NCBI GenBank assembly: GCA_051362555.1
Contig: CM120646.1
Coordinates: 20,026,001-20,090,000 of the forward strand
Origin: Lingula anatina
Lineage: Eukaryota > Animalia > Brachiopoda
DNA length: 64,000 bases
Reading direction: 5' to 3'
In this document: positions 14,791-27,988 of the stretch, one piece after another
Numbering within the stretch: position 1 is the first letter of the stretch
Layout of the letters: every line of letters begins with the position of its first letter
Notes under the pieces: model-generated
Database searches by the model: none
What the model was told of the DNA's origin: nothing
What the model saw: only the letters and a program-made list of their open reading frames with translations
Program-made: the position numbers and the translations under genes

Positions 14791-14965
14791 TTACCCTCTA
14801 CCAAGGCGACAGACTGATTTTTCACAAGATATTCACAGATATGTCTTTAGATAAATAAACAGTCATTTGGTTCTCTGCAGATTAAATTGATTCCATCTGG
14901 CCAAAAGTCACAGGGTGGCTTTTTGAAAATTTCCCTGTGATATCTCCCACCCTGGTAGAGGGTAA
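14791..14965. mobile_element. Degenerate MITE, possibly piggyBac-like
   Basis: An inverted repeat TTACCCTCTACCA(A/G)GG lies at 14791-14806 and 14950-14965, resembling decayed TTAA-CCCT...AGGG-TTAA ends. The TSD is not intact. Confidence 0.5.
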
Positions 14966-17900
14966 CATTTGTTCATGATTTAATAGTATCAGTTTTGAAC
15001 AGAATGATAGAGTGTCCCTTTAGTTGTATGTATGATACTCCTTAATTGGTGTGTGCAGTTGACACTGACTTCAAACATTTTCTTACACAAACCACTCAAA
15101 CTACAGCATTAGTCCAGAACTGAAACCATTCCCAAGTCAAATCAGTCAGATCAGAGACTTGATTTTCTTGGGGAAAGACAACTGCCAGGCACTGAGCCAA
15201 TGGCGCAAATTAATAGTACCCAGCAGCAAATATATTTATTTCCCATAATATCAGAAGCACAGATTTATTTTCAAGTCTAGTTGTCTAAAATCAATGATGA
15301 TAATATCTCATCTTGCGCAGAAAGTACCAATTACAGATCTGAATTCCGGACTCCTATAATTAACATTTCTAAATGTCTTCATTTTCACTACTGGCTTCTA
15401 TTAAAAATGTGATTCTGCACTTTTTCAGCCTGTCAAGCAGTCTGAGCCAAATAACTTCCTTTATAACCACAGTCAATACAATAGGACATGGTCCTTGTCT
15501 TTAAAGAGAAAAACCTTAGAATATTGCAGGAAAAAATTTGATACAGCCATACTGGAGAAGAGGAGTAAGAAAGATTAAGAAGGCTTTTCTCCAATAGATG
15601 AACTCATCAGAATGGTTGCAACACTAGAGATTGGTCGTGTAAGATATTCCTGAAAGAAAACAGTCTCTGCAGTCTGACCCCTGACTTATACCAGCTCCTT
15701 GCATCTCTAATCACTGCCAATCAAGCACACCAATTATTTATCATCACTAAAACTTAATGACAGAGAAAAAATACCAGCATGTCAAGCAACCAGCAGCACA
15801 CATGTATATACTAGAATGCTTGAATAATAATAATTTCCTTGCCAGAGAGTAATAATGAGACCTGGAGCCAAGGCTGGTTTCTCTAACAAACACCTGTCAA
15901 ATGCTGATCCATTTTAAGACCTGATCAAGAAAACATAACTCACCTTTTATTTAAATTATGATAAACAAAAGGTTAATAGTCTAAGAGAAAAGAACATAAC
16001 TTTGACTGCACAGTACCTTGTGCTTGAGAATCATCAACGTGTTATTTTTTTTAAATGTGAGAAAATTCCACTATGAAAATAAAAAATGCTCCCATTTTTA
16101 AATCCATTCCTTCAAATTCATTTTTTCTTTCCATATTCCTTCTTTTGGAGTAAACAAAAGAGATTTACACACCATGCATTTCAGAAAATCTTTCAGACTT
16201 CCCAACTACTACAACGTAAAAAGTTTTAACTCCTGCAGATCACACCACCCCTTTACGAAATGTGTCAGCAGGATGTGTGGGTGGACAGATCATGGTGAGA
16301 AAACCTGGCTCCTACATGCCACTAATACAAGACATAAATACTCAAGGTTACCAATTCAACCATAGACCCTCTGGAGTGAGTCTAAAATCAGTTTCGGATA
16401 AAATAATGTTGACCCTTTGACTCAATACTGACGGGTACTTCCTTCAATAATTCTGTAAAATCTCCGTTATCATGCCTTTTATCACCACATGTTATGTTAG
16501 TCTTTACATTCTATTCAAAACTCTGTCTGGAATTATGTAAGTAATTTCTTCCAAAACCCTACAAGCTTTTTTTTTTTTTTTTTGCCAAATTCACAACCCT
16601 TTCCTTACCAGTATCATCAGCGATCCACTGCTGAGAAAAAGCTACTCCTGTACACTGGCGCTATAGGGTTAAAATTTACTGTTTGCCCCTTGGCCTAAAA
16701 CTGTCAATTTAAATGTTTGAATGTCATTTAAACTGCAGCAAATGTCAGACAGAAGCAGTTAATTTAGATTAATAGCAGACACTCTTGCCTCTGGGTATGT
16801 TATGGATTTTTTTCTTAATCTGCAGGAACTTTGAAGGGTTTCATTCTTTCTCTATGATGTTTTGAAAACTGATGGCTCCACTGTATTGTCTTCCTTTGTT
16901 TTATTATTTTTTTTCTGAATCACCAAAGCCAGTATTTATGGTGCTTGCTCTGTCAATTATAAAACTAATCTGGTAACTATTACTGAGTATATTTAATCTA
17001 ACCAGTACTATGTGAAAAATGCTTATGGTCTATTTGTAAAAAAATTGTTTTAGTTAGACCTAGTAAAATAAAGAGTGTCTATAGCTTAACATTTATAGCA
17101 GTCAGAGGCATAGGCAACAGATCACCTCGACTGCATTTTTTCACAGCGGCATTAAAGAGATGGAATGTTTTTCTCCTAACCCCCCACCTTCACTGATACT
17201 TTGTTATCATTATAACCAGAACAGCCCCTGTTGTTTAACAAAAAATGAATTTCGCATCTTTATGTTCATTTCACCTGTTCAGCTTGAACTACTAAATCAG
17301 CCTGCACACCTGACAGCTATTCTGAGTCCTATATCTGCTGGAATCATTTCCAGGGAAATCTAATGCCTTAAAGATAACATCATATTGACAGGTGAAAAGA
17401 TTTTCAAGTATTTGATGCAGTTAATGCATGCGATCAAAAATACAAGCTCACTTGCGTGTTGAACATGCTCTCTGCATAAAGTCAGCATGTGCTGGACAGG
17501 CACACGCGCACGTGGCACAGGCGTTGAATTACAAAAATTACATGCTCCCTGATGAGTTAGTATCTTATACAACTGTTCTTCAAGCCAGACCAATAAATTG
17601 TATGCGGGGAAATTATCCTTTTCACGCTCAACTTATTGCAAACACGTGTTAGAGACATTCAGTGCATCATCCATAATAATATACCGAATACCACGCTGAT
17701 TTTCTCTTGCCATATTGCCAGGTAGTGCCATCATTTTATGATAACTTTCTTGTAGATACGTATGTATACAGTTTTGTTACATAGCTGCTTATAGCGTGAA
17801 AAGCTGCTGGCACAGCTGAGTTAGCTGTATCTCAATTGTTTTTTGGGGTGGAAGTCTTGGATTACAGAATAAACATCTTTCATTTCTGAGTTCTAAATTC

Positions 17901-20900
17901 AAAATCTTGGTTTGTACCTGGGTTTTATGAGGACATTTCTATGAAAGCAAGGAAATGTGTTTCCCGTTTCCCACTTGTGCCAGCAACCCAACAGCCATTG
18001 TCTCACCAATAGCAATCAAGAGAAACATTCAAAATGCAACTTTATCACCCCCCCTCTCTCCCCCCCCCCCCTCTCACTCACATTTGCCCTCCATTTTAGT
18101 TCCGTAGCGATGTAAAGTTAATGCACTTGTTAAGATTTTGTATCTACTCTTTGCTCTCTCTCTATTTCTCATTTTATCAAATCACTATATACACTGTGAC
18201 CATCCAGAAATTCAATCTCTCAAGTGGTATTACTTGTTATGGACTAAATGTTGAAGAGAGAGGGTATTTTTTCCACATTTTCTATCAGTTTTCCAAGCCC
18301 AATTTATTTAAAGCGACTAAAAAAAAAAAAAAATTAAATCTTGAAATCACGAGTATACTTTGGAAAAAATGACAAGCAAATGGCTGGTATCTTCCACTTC
18401 CAGACATGTCATAATAAAGCTAAGTAAACATATACATCAAATGAGCAAGGCTGTTTTATTTTCCACTTACTTTCCAGCAACTACTAGCTGAACAATTTAT
18501 AGACCCAAGTCTTAATTCATTTGCTTACATTTCCCAATACTGTGCAGTTATCATAAAGGACTGCTTGGATGTTATAAGATTAAATGAGCATTTCAAATTA
18601 TATTTTTTTATATAAATTAAGATATATATGACGTATATTTTGTCAATTTGTGTTCTTTCTCAGTGATGCACGAGTGCCTGCGCATGTATGCAAACAAGAA
18701 AGAGAGGAGAGAGAGAGAGGAGAGAGTTGAAGGATAAGAAAGTTGGGAAGAAAACAGAGAATGTGTCTATTTATCGACAATCCTTCTTTCCAAATATTAT
18801 ATATAACATCATACCACACACTATACAAAAATCCTTTCATTTATCACAAAGACATTCCACTGTTGCAGGTATCAATCTCATGATCTGAGAGAGCAGCATC
18901 CATCAATTGTTCTTACTAATCCTTTGAAGTGGAGCATGGCTCTAAATACAGATGCCAGTATTGCATGTCGCAGATATTTTTAGACAGGGTACATGTGTTT
19001 TAGCAGCCGGGCCACCTGTATGGAGATGTCATTGGGACATTTCTGGCTGGATGTTTTGTTAGTCTCTGAACAAGTCCCTCTTACAGCTAGAAGGGGAGAT
19101 GTTTCCCATCAAAATACATCAAGTTTTATGAGCAATTATAGTGTTATAGGGGTTCAATACAGTAATTACTGTATCTGGTACAGTGTACGTAATGAGTGAT
19201 ATAATAATTATGTGTAATGCAAGTTTGATAAAGTAATTAGTGTGATGCAAGTTCCAATACAACTTGATTGTTTATTTTATTATATTTGTATGAAATGAAG
19301 TGAACAAAACCACCAAAATGATATATCTAATGCATAAAAAAAGATACTTGGAAAGTTCTGAAGTGAATTGGAAAATGACAGGGAGATTTTAGAAATCAAA
19401 ATATAAATCAATAAAAAATAACTTTGGAATTTTGGCCAATGTGTGAAATTCGTCATATATCACTGTAGGCCAGATTAAAACATATATCATTACTTATGGA
19501 AATATTATAATTAGATATTTCTTTTGCATATAATAATTGTTAAAAATCATAAAATAAAATATCTGAGCTCTCTAAACTGATATTAGGATTTATAGCAATT
19601 ATGATTAAAGGTTTGTTCAATTATTAACAACTAGAGACCCAACCAGCATAATCAATCTAACATTTTAAATTTTGATTCTAGAGCAGAGATGATGCCCTTA
19701 CAGTTTGCAAAGAGCCAGCCATATTTAAAGTTATAACAAAAGTGCTGCATTTATATATTTTATTTGAACAAATTTGCTTTCATATTATACATATTGAAAC
19801 AATTACCATTTCTATGGCATGCTTTCTTACAATTAACTTCATTGTATGCACTAATCCTTTGACATTCATATACTGTTAATATTTTCAAGTAAAAAATCTA
19901 TTATCCATAAGCGATAAACAAAAAAAAAAAAAAAAAATTAAAATTTGCATTCTTACTGGCATATAGAGAAGTATCTTTGGATCTCAACAGGTGAAAATCA
20001 TAAACTATACTCCTCACTTTGCCTTATATATATATATATCAAAATATATACATCATTAATGAAAATACAGGTAAAAACCACCCCCTGCACACATCCATAA
20101 CATTACAAAGGTAGTACTAGTACGTCCACAGTTTTCTCTAACGTGGAAGTCTGTATTACAAACCTCATGTCGAGGGGGAAAAAATCAATGCTCATTCATT
20201 AAAGATGCATGGAATCGTTCACCCTAATTGTGACGTGACGTTTAAGTAAGTGATTCATCAATATTTAATGTTCTGTGTTCAACACCTTGGTAATGCCATC
20301 TACTCATGTGAAGGAAGGATAATCATCATACCTTTTAACCCTCCCCCCCCCCACCCCCTTCCCCTTGCTAATCTAATAGCAAAACAGACTCATTTCTGAC
20401 ATTTGATTCCCTCCATTTTCATTCAATTCCTCTGACAAACTGTAGATATTCACAACCTGAAATCTAGTCAACAAACTCTCCAACTCAACTAGCCAATTCT
20501 TGGTGCATTTCTGCTCTGGTGAATGATCTTGACAAAACTGCACATGTAAACTTGAACACATTTGTGTGTGGACTAATTCTATAAGTTTATGCAAACACAG
20601 TTTTAACCATGGTTACTTTTTTAACCTTAGCCATAGGCAAATTTCAACAAAAAAATCTCCACTGGAAAATAGTGTTGACTGTACAGAAGTTTACAAAATA
20701 TATTTCAGTGTCAGAGGCACAGTGGAGACTTCTGTATTACAATGTCAAACACTTCAATGGACAAAGTGTAAGATTTTAAACACATGTTAGCATATAAATC
20801 ATTTCTTGTTCAACTTATTTTAGGACAAATAATACTTTTTGATCATATTTTAACAGATGACTGCCATGAATTAATGTTCACAAAAATAGTAAAATTCATC

Positions 20901-21907
20901 AACTTTTGACAAATCTAGCAACCATCTTGACACAGTTTTGAATCTCGCTCAACCCAAAAATCAGTGCCCAAATGTTTGACAGAATTCAAAAATTCACACT
21001 CAGGTTTGGGTTGAGGACTTTGAGAAAATGTTTAAGAAAAAAAAAACATTTACCCTTTTTGTGGAAAAATCTTACACTGTGCATCTTTAAGTACATTATG
21101 AAATAGCTTGCTCAGCTGACTTTGTGAATTTCCACGTATCAAATTGGGATAATATAATTGTATTTCACATGATTATGACACGTTTAATTAAACATCCCTG
21201 CTTTCACAGATCCCCCTCCCCTGAAATTAATGCCCTTAAAAACGATATACAAAACTTAAACTACCCTTTTAGAAAGATACAAGGGAATGTGCACTCATGA
21301 AAAAAAAAAAAACCCTTTTGCACTTAACTCTGTAATGTCCGTTTGATGTACACAGAGTAAGTTGGTAGAGCAAATATATATGACTGGATCAATAAAGTCC
21401 TTGAGAAACAGAGGCCTGGGCAGATATATACACTCTGGGATTTGATGGGCAAGAAGTAGGTCAGTATTCTTGGGAATTCTACTGGAAGCTATCGGGGGCT
21501 AATCGAGTGATCATTTTACAAGCCATTTCAAGGGTTAAGTGATCAATTTGCTGGCTGTTTTTCTCACTTTCAATTCTCCTTTCAGTTCACATTTTGTTAC
21601 TATTATTGTCAGCTGTTTCTTGACTTGTTGAACATTTTGTTTTAAGGACTAATCAGCTAAAAATGCTGTACCTAATGACTTAAGCCAGTGCCTACCATTT
21701 GCACCAGTTTAACATCCCATTTTACCAATTCAAGTATAGATCTATAAACAAGAATGTACACCTGGAACGGACGAAGTCTGCTTGGAAGCAATTAAACCCT
21801 CAAAAATCAGAAGTGCAAAATGTGATTTTGGGCAATGGGGATTTAATTGTTATTAATTTCATAATTCTGTGCATTGTGGAGTGCACTACGTTCGATACCC
21901 TTACCTT

Positions 21908-22063
21908 CAGTGTTCGAAATTAACGCTGGACCGTCTGCCTGGGGTCGAAAACTTTCAGAACGGGCCGAGAAGTTTTTCCACTCGTCAGACAGTCAGTCCA
22001 GCCATTTTTCAAGATGGCTAGACCTTTGGTCCAGCAACTAATTTTCCTAAGTGGCAAACACTG
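21908..22063. mobile_element. hAT-like MITE (156 bp)
   Basis: Termini CAGTGTT...AACACTG are flanked by a perfect 8-bp TSD CTTACCTT (21900-21907 and 22064-22071). The interior is CpG-rich. Confidence 0.85.
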
Positions 22064-22680
22064 CTTACCTTCACTGTAATTTAGTTCATCAAAATTGTTT
22101 TTTTTTTTTTTTAATCCAGTTACATGCATACTTACAATCACATTCATTCACACATACATATACGCACACATAAATAACAAAGTAAATCAAAACAACAGCA
22201 AGAATTTGAACATGAGTAACTTGTACATTTAACTGGTAAATATGACGTTCTTCCCATTCATCTACAGCATTTTGAACTTTTGTCTTCACTGACCTAGGAG
22301 CAGTCACAGGGTGGGGGTGGGGGTAGTAGGCACTGATCCATATTAGTAGCCAGTTTGCTGGTACCCCCCTAATCTTTGAGAAATAGAGACTGTACAAGTA
22401 CATACAAATTGGTTAATAATTATATGTGGTATATAACATTAAATATCTTCCCACAGGCAACACCATTATATTCTTTGCAGCCAATTTACTGAGAGCACCA
22501 CACATCTATCTATATAAACACATCTATCATAATGTTAGATAATGGTGGCCAGACATGGAAAATGCTGCCTTCTCCCGTACGAAACACTGCGTTTGTCCTC
22601 AAATAATCATCACTTACAATTATATGTACCATCAGACACGTTAAGAAGTTCTGAAATATCTGGGTCTTTTAGCAAGGTTA

Positions 22681-23720
22681 GGCCACACTTTTTTATTTTT
22701 ATGGATGACATCCTCTGGGGACCCCAAAATCGGTGCGAGCGGGCGAAAAAAAAAAAAAACAGTCAAAAAAAAAAAAAAAAATGCTTAAGAAAAGTTATGT
22801 TTTCAGTACACAGCTGGAAACACTAATTTACCACAGAAACACGTATCAAACTAACAACATATGTCTTTATCCATGCTCTCAAAATATTAAAGCATTGTGA
22901 ATAGGGCCTACTTCGTAGAAAGGTAAAAAGTCATGAATATATATATGCTGCATATTACCAAATCTATTTAAGGTTATTTCATGCATTCTGTTGGTATAGC
23001 AATCAATAAAACAAATATCAAATAAACAGCGTGTCTTTATTTGTACTCTCAGAAAATTTAAGCATTGTGAACACTTCACAGAATTGTTAAAAAATGAAGC
23101 AAAGATAGGCCTATGCTTCCTACTACCAAATCTAAAAAAGGTAATTTCGGTCGATGCCATTTTGTCTACTTCGACTCACACGTAGCAGCCAACTATTGGG
23201 TGGCCTGTCCGACCTTCAGTCCACCAAATACCACGACGCTCTTGTCGACCCTTTTTTCGGTACAAAAAAAAAACCCTGGTAAGCCTATGTGCTGCTTTGG
23301 ACAGCCTTTCGTATAATTGTAAAAAGGTGATATCTCCATGTCCAATATCAATGGCAAACCAATCCAAAACGACGGCCCCCGTTCTCTTTATGACTTTAAT
23401 TGTCGTGTATTTTGAAATTAATGCTAGAGATGAATTTGACGTCAAAGGGGCCATATTTCCACGTGGTGATAAGTACACATGCGCAGAAAGCTCATTTTCC
23501 GCACTCGGAACTACTCGGATGTCTCCGCAGTCGACAATGACAGCATGGAGCTTGCGGAATTAGCCGAGGATTGCCGATTGTATTTTCCGGCAAATTCAAT
23601 AACGACGTTTGCGATAACCGACTTCCTTGGGGGGGGGGGATTTTTTTTTTTTTTTTTTGAGAACGGACGAAAATCGGTGCGCGCGCAGGATGTCATCCAT
23701 AAAATTAAAAAAGTGTGGCC
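22681..23720. mobile_element. Non-autonomous DNA transposon, PIF/Harbinger-like (1040 bp)
   Basis: The 34-bp TIRs GGCCACACTTTTTTA(T/A)TTTTATGGATGACATCCT at 22681-22714 and 23687-23720 differ at 1 position. TTA flanks both sides (22678-22680 and 23721-23723). The interior is CpG-rich and has no transposase ORF. Confidence 0.85.
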
Positions 23721-26700
23721 TTACCAAAGAAGATAATCACATTGCTGAAATATAGACACAAACAGATGTAATATGTCATTTGTTAAACTCATGGCTATAA
23801 TATTGCAGTCATAAAAGGGCAGAGATGGAGCTTCTCTTTCTTCTTCCCTCCTCCCCTCTCTCTCTCTCCCCCCCCTTTCTCTCTCTCCTTCTATACATAA
23901 TGCTATATATACATATAATTCTATACATATAAATGCTAAATGGTGTACAGTCCTCTTTATTTGCCAGATTCCTGGAACTCCAGTATATTTCCCCTACCTA
24001 TAACCGTACAAATTGTCCATGGGATAACATTAGCCATAGCTGTCGGCCACAGATCAAAACAAATCATCCCTTTTAATGTCAATGCCAATCTCAAGAGAGG
24101 CAGTTTACACTGAACAGAATGACAGCTTTTCCCCAATAAATATTAGTCAGAAGTTTAAGGACTAACAATTAACCCTGATTAAAATTCAGGGAAAACATAT
24201 GCATGTCAATAAGGAAGTTCACAGCGGGAGAAACTTGGCCCAGAAATAAACTAAATGAAGTTACAAAACAGCAATGTTGCACTGGGACAACTGTATACCT
24301 TTCTGTAGATAAGTTTTCTCATTCTTACACACAAGCATATGCATGTACCCATGTACGTGTGCACGTGCACACACACACACACACATTTGCCCACACCAGC
24401 ACACATACACTCAAAGTATGTGCAGAATATTAAGGCAGAGAATAATCGGGTCAACCCATCATCATTATTATTATTATCTGTTAACCACTATCATCTATCT
24501 GATATTGAATTTCTGCAAAATAATAATTTTTACGACCAATCAACAATCAACAGGGCAAACGTTACACATGGGTACCCTAAGAAATCTGCCCAACAGAAAC
24601 TGATGGCTCTATTTCAGACTTCCTGTCAGCTCTCATTGAGAAGTCTCATCATTTTTGTTCCAAGTGTGTACAGGTAAGCTCATTACAGGCGTGTTACACC
24701 TGGAGATTTGATTCACCTGTATTATAAGAGGTCAGCCCTGGGATCTACCTTAATTAGGGATCTCAATGCCTGATATGCCACCAAGCGGGATAAAACCAAC
24801 TGTTTGGTGTACGGAAGGTATTCTCTTTCTCCTTTGCTCAGCCATACACCCATCATTCTGGTGGTCATCTAATACGTTATATACTAAATTTTCTAAATTT
24901 CTATGAAATGTTTCATTCACCCATCTCTCCTTTTGTTTATCTTCATTCATTTAACCACACGCATACATTACAGTTATCAGTAAACCCTCTTAATTCTAGG
25001 AAACTGTTAATATCAAAACCTGGCCATGCAAAACTAACACTAGAGGTCACTGCATAACAGAATGAATTCAGTTTGTACACAAGTAACATGCACCACACGA
25101 CTTTCTGTGAATAAAAACCTTTCATTATCGGTGTAACCTTTTAAAATGTACACATACTTGTAACAGAGACAAGATTAAAAGTGTGATGGCCCAAAATAGT
25201 GTATTAAGGGGCAATTAAGAAAAAAACTGCAAAGGTTAAGAAACAAATCATTCTGAGTGTAGTTGTAGTTCTCCGAGCAGACAGAAGTAATGTCCTTTAC
25301 TAAAAGGATTTTGTGGGATTTTACCTTCATATTGACATATTTTCTTATCTACTGTTAAAAGCATTTATGTTGAACAGTTTTATTGCTGGTATTGTTCATA
25401 AGTGTTTATTTTATAATATTAAATACTCTAGCGTGGCTTAAAAACTGAATGCCTCAGCAAACCTGACAAATCAATTTAGAGAGAGACTCGGAAAATAAAA
25501 TGGCAGGTGGTAAGATAAAATTGGTATTTTTCATTAAAGACAACCACCATCATCCTGCACCCTCCACACAGAAAGTTTACTCTCTGCCTGCCATCTACCT
25601 TTAAAATGCCTTCTTGGAGGAAAGTTTACAAGACACCCATTTGTTCAATCAAGGGCACGGCAGGAGCCTTGTACGCCCCTCGTGCAGAGGGTAAAAGGAA
25701 CAGAAAAGTGACATAATGGCTTATATTTTCTAAATTATAATTAAAGTTAATTGCATCACGTACTTAGTATGTGTATCTATGGATTTACAGTATGTGTGAA
25801 TCAGGTGCGATAAATTTGGATCGTAATTTGGCAACTGTAAAGGTGTCCTGCCAGTGCACTTTTTCAGCCAACCTCTTCAACTTGCCTTCAATGAGAAAGT
25901 GACTGGTCTGAGAGTGAACAGAAACCACTTGAGGTATTTAGGCCTTTCTCTTGTGTAGATTAAAGCTTAGCTGGATTACTTTTAGGAGCAAAACATGGCA
26001 GGTAAATCCCTGGAGGAATAGGCTAGCAAACTCAGTGTACAAATAAATATTTGAGGTACGCACAACTTGGCTGGTCTTTTGTCTGCATAAGGTACTTTGT
26101 AGAGGAATGGAAAAGCTTGGGTCGAAACCTACCAACTTGAAGGGCAGATTTTGGCCTCAGCCAAGGTGTTACATACTGTAATAACTCCAAAATTTCAAAT
26201 GCCTCAATTACATCAGTATGCAGTCGCTCAACATTCATCATTCTTAAATAATTCCTGATCATTCACAAAAAATTTTGACATAAACCAGCATGACTTTCAG
26301 AATATTGAGATTCAACTTTTATGGTTATAACTACTATACTGTAATATTATAATTAAAATTTTATATGTCAGTTCTAACTAATAAAAAATTATTTAGAAAA
26401 TTTATATTTAGTCAGTTCTAATTGAATTTTGTGAGCAATCACCACATCCCATCCAAATTTCCACAGTTGATTTTTGTCAAAGATCATTTATACAGATCAT
26501 AGCAGCTTTAAAATGATATTCAGAAAGATCTATATTCATTTTTTCTGCTTTGTTTTGAAATTTTAATGTGGAAAAAAGTTGGTAAGTCATTACAAACACA
26601 TCAACTTATAGCTAAGATTATAAACCTCTTCTTTGTGTGGAAGGTTGATAATAAAAGTCCTTATCAAACTGCAACTGAATTAAAAATACAAAATCAATCA

Positions 26701-26744
26701 ATCAACTTGCCAAGCCTTTGATGGCTCATTGTTTAAATTAGTAA

Positions 26745-26747
<3 letters not shown>

Positions 26748-26786
<39 letters not shown>

Positions 26787-26791
26787 CGCGC
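26748..26791. repeat. (GT)n(GC)n alternating purine-pyrimidine tract (Z-DNA-prone)
   Basis: Read directly from the sequence. Confidence 0.9.
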
Positions 26792-26805
26792 ATGCATACA
26801 CATAC

Positions 26806-26847
26806 CTTTTCTTATCCTCAGTGCTGCTGACATCCTCTCTTTCAACT
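26806..26847 (-). other. Candidate 42-nt exon of the minus-strand gene (or 3' part of an alternative first exon starting at ATG 26915)
   Basis: On the minus strand, a long polypyrimidine tract ttgcttttttctttcctgtgttcaatttctttgctctag precedes a purine-rich 42 nt and an AAG|GTATGT donor. It is open in phase 2 (VEREDVSSTEDKK) and in phase 1. Confidence 0.45.
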
Positions 26848-27885
26848 CTAGAGCAAAGAAATTGAACACAGGAAAGAAAAAAGCAACGGGATAGTAGCTT
26901 TGGCATTTCTCCCATTCAATCACATTACTTATTTACAACTTGAGCTAATTATACTCCAAAAAGAAGCCTCCTAATTGTACATGGGCTATGGACCCAGAAA
27001 GGGCAACTATGTAACTTTATGCACCTGTATTCATATTCATTTTCCAAGGGACAGTTAAGCCATTTTTTTCCCTTAAATCTAAAGGTTATCAGTGGATATT
27101 GTTTGTGCTCCAGGAGAGTCATATGAAGAAGTGTTGCAAATGAAAGATGTTTTTAAGACTCTAAAATTTATACATTAACAGGAAAACCAATGAAGTATTA
27201 GTATTTCATTTTATTTTGATGTACACAACACTGACTTTACGAGACAAATTTTATTATGATAACACCAGAGGGGGGGGGGAGAGTCTTTTCTGATGAAGTG
27301 TACCTTTAACCATGTAACTGCCGTGTACCTAGATCAATTTTTACCCAGAGCGAGCCTTTTCCTGACAAAAAAGGTGGGTCATTCATAAACCCCCCCTTGC
27401 TACAGACCTGTATCGCTGACAACCATATACTACAACAGATAAAGAGACAAGATGCACTTCCTGTGAGGGGGAGGCTATGTAGATCACATGGCACCATGGT
27501 AACCAAGATGGCATAAAAAATCTGCAGTGATGACTTCTCTTTGTGATCATTAGGAAGCAATCTTTAATGTGGTAAAAATCAGGAAAGTATATGGTGTAAA
27601 TAATTGAACGACTAGGAGATTTCATTTGGATATAATTCTTTACAAAACTCCATAAGCAACAAAACCAAATTAGGGCAAGGTAAAAGATTTAGTAATGGAT
27701 CTTGGCTGAACTTAGAAGAGGCGCATAGTGGTTTTTCATGTAATGACTTTACTTCTTTTGTTACTGCCCTATTTGATGTTTTTCATTCAGCTTAGCATGG
27801 AATCCCTATAAAACATGTATACAAGGAAATGCTTTCTCAAATCCTTGTTTACTTAAAACAAATTAAAGAAATGGTACACTGTGTG

Positions 27886-27988
<103 letters not shown>

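Noticed and set aside
20199-21090. Kolobok-like TTAA-AGATGCA inverted ends
   Set aside because: The match is only ~11 bp and there are two competing left ends (~20199 and ~20755), so boundaries cannot be supported.
24618-24673. Plus-strand 56-nt exon-like segment (tctatttcag|...CAG|GTAAGC)
   Set aside because: It is isolated, not frame-preserving, and has no partner exons or recognisable peptide. It could be chance or an antisense lncRNA exon.
26110-26150. tRNA T-loop or B-box-like GGTTTCGACCC on the minus strand
   Set aside because: There is no A-box at the proper spacing and no cloverleaf. No tRNA, rRNA or SINE is supported.
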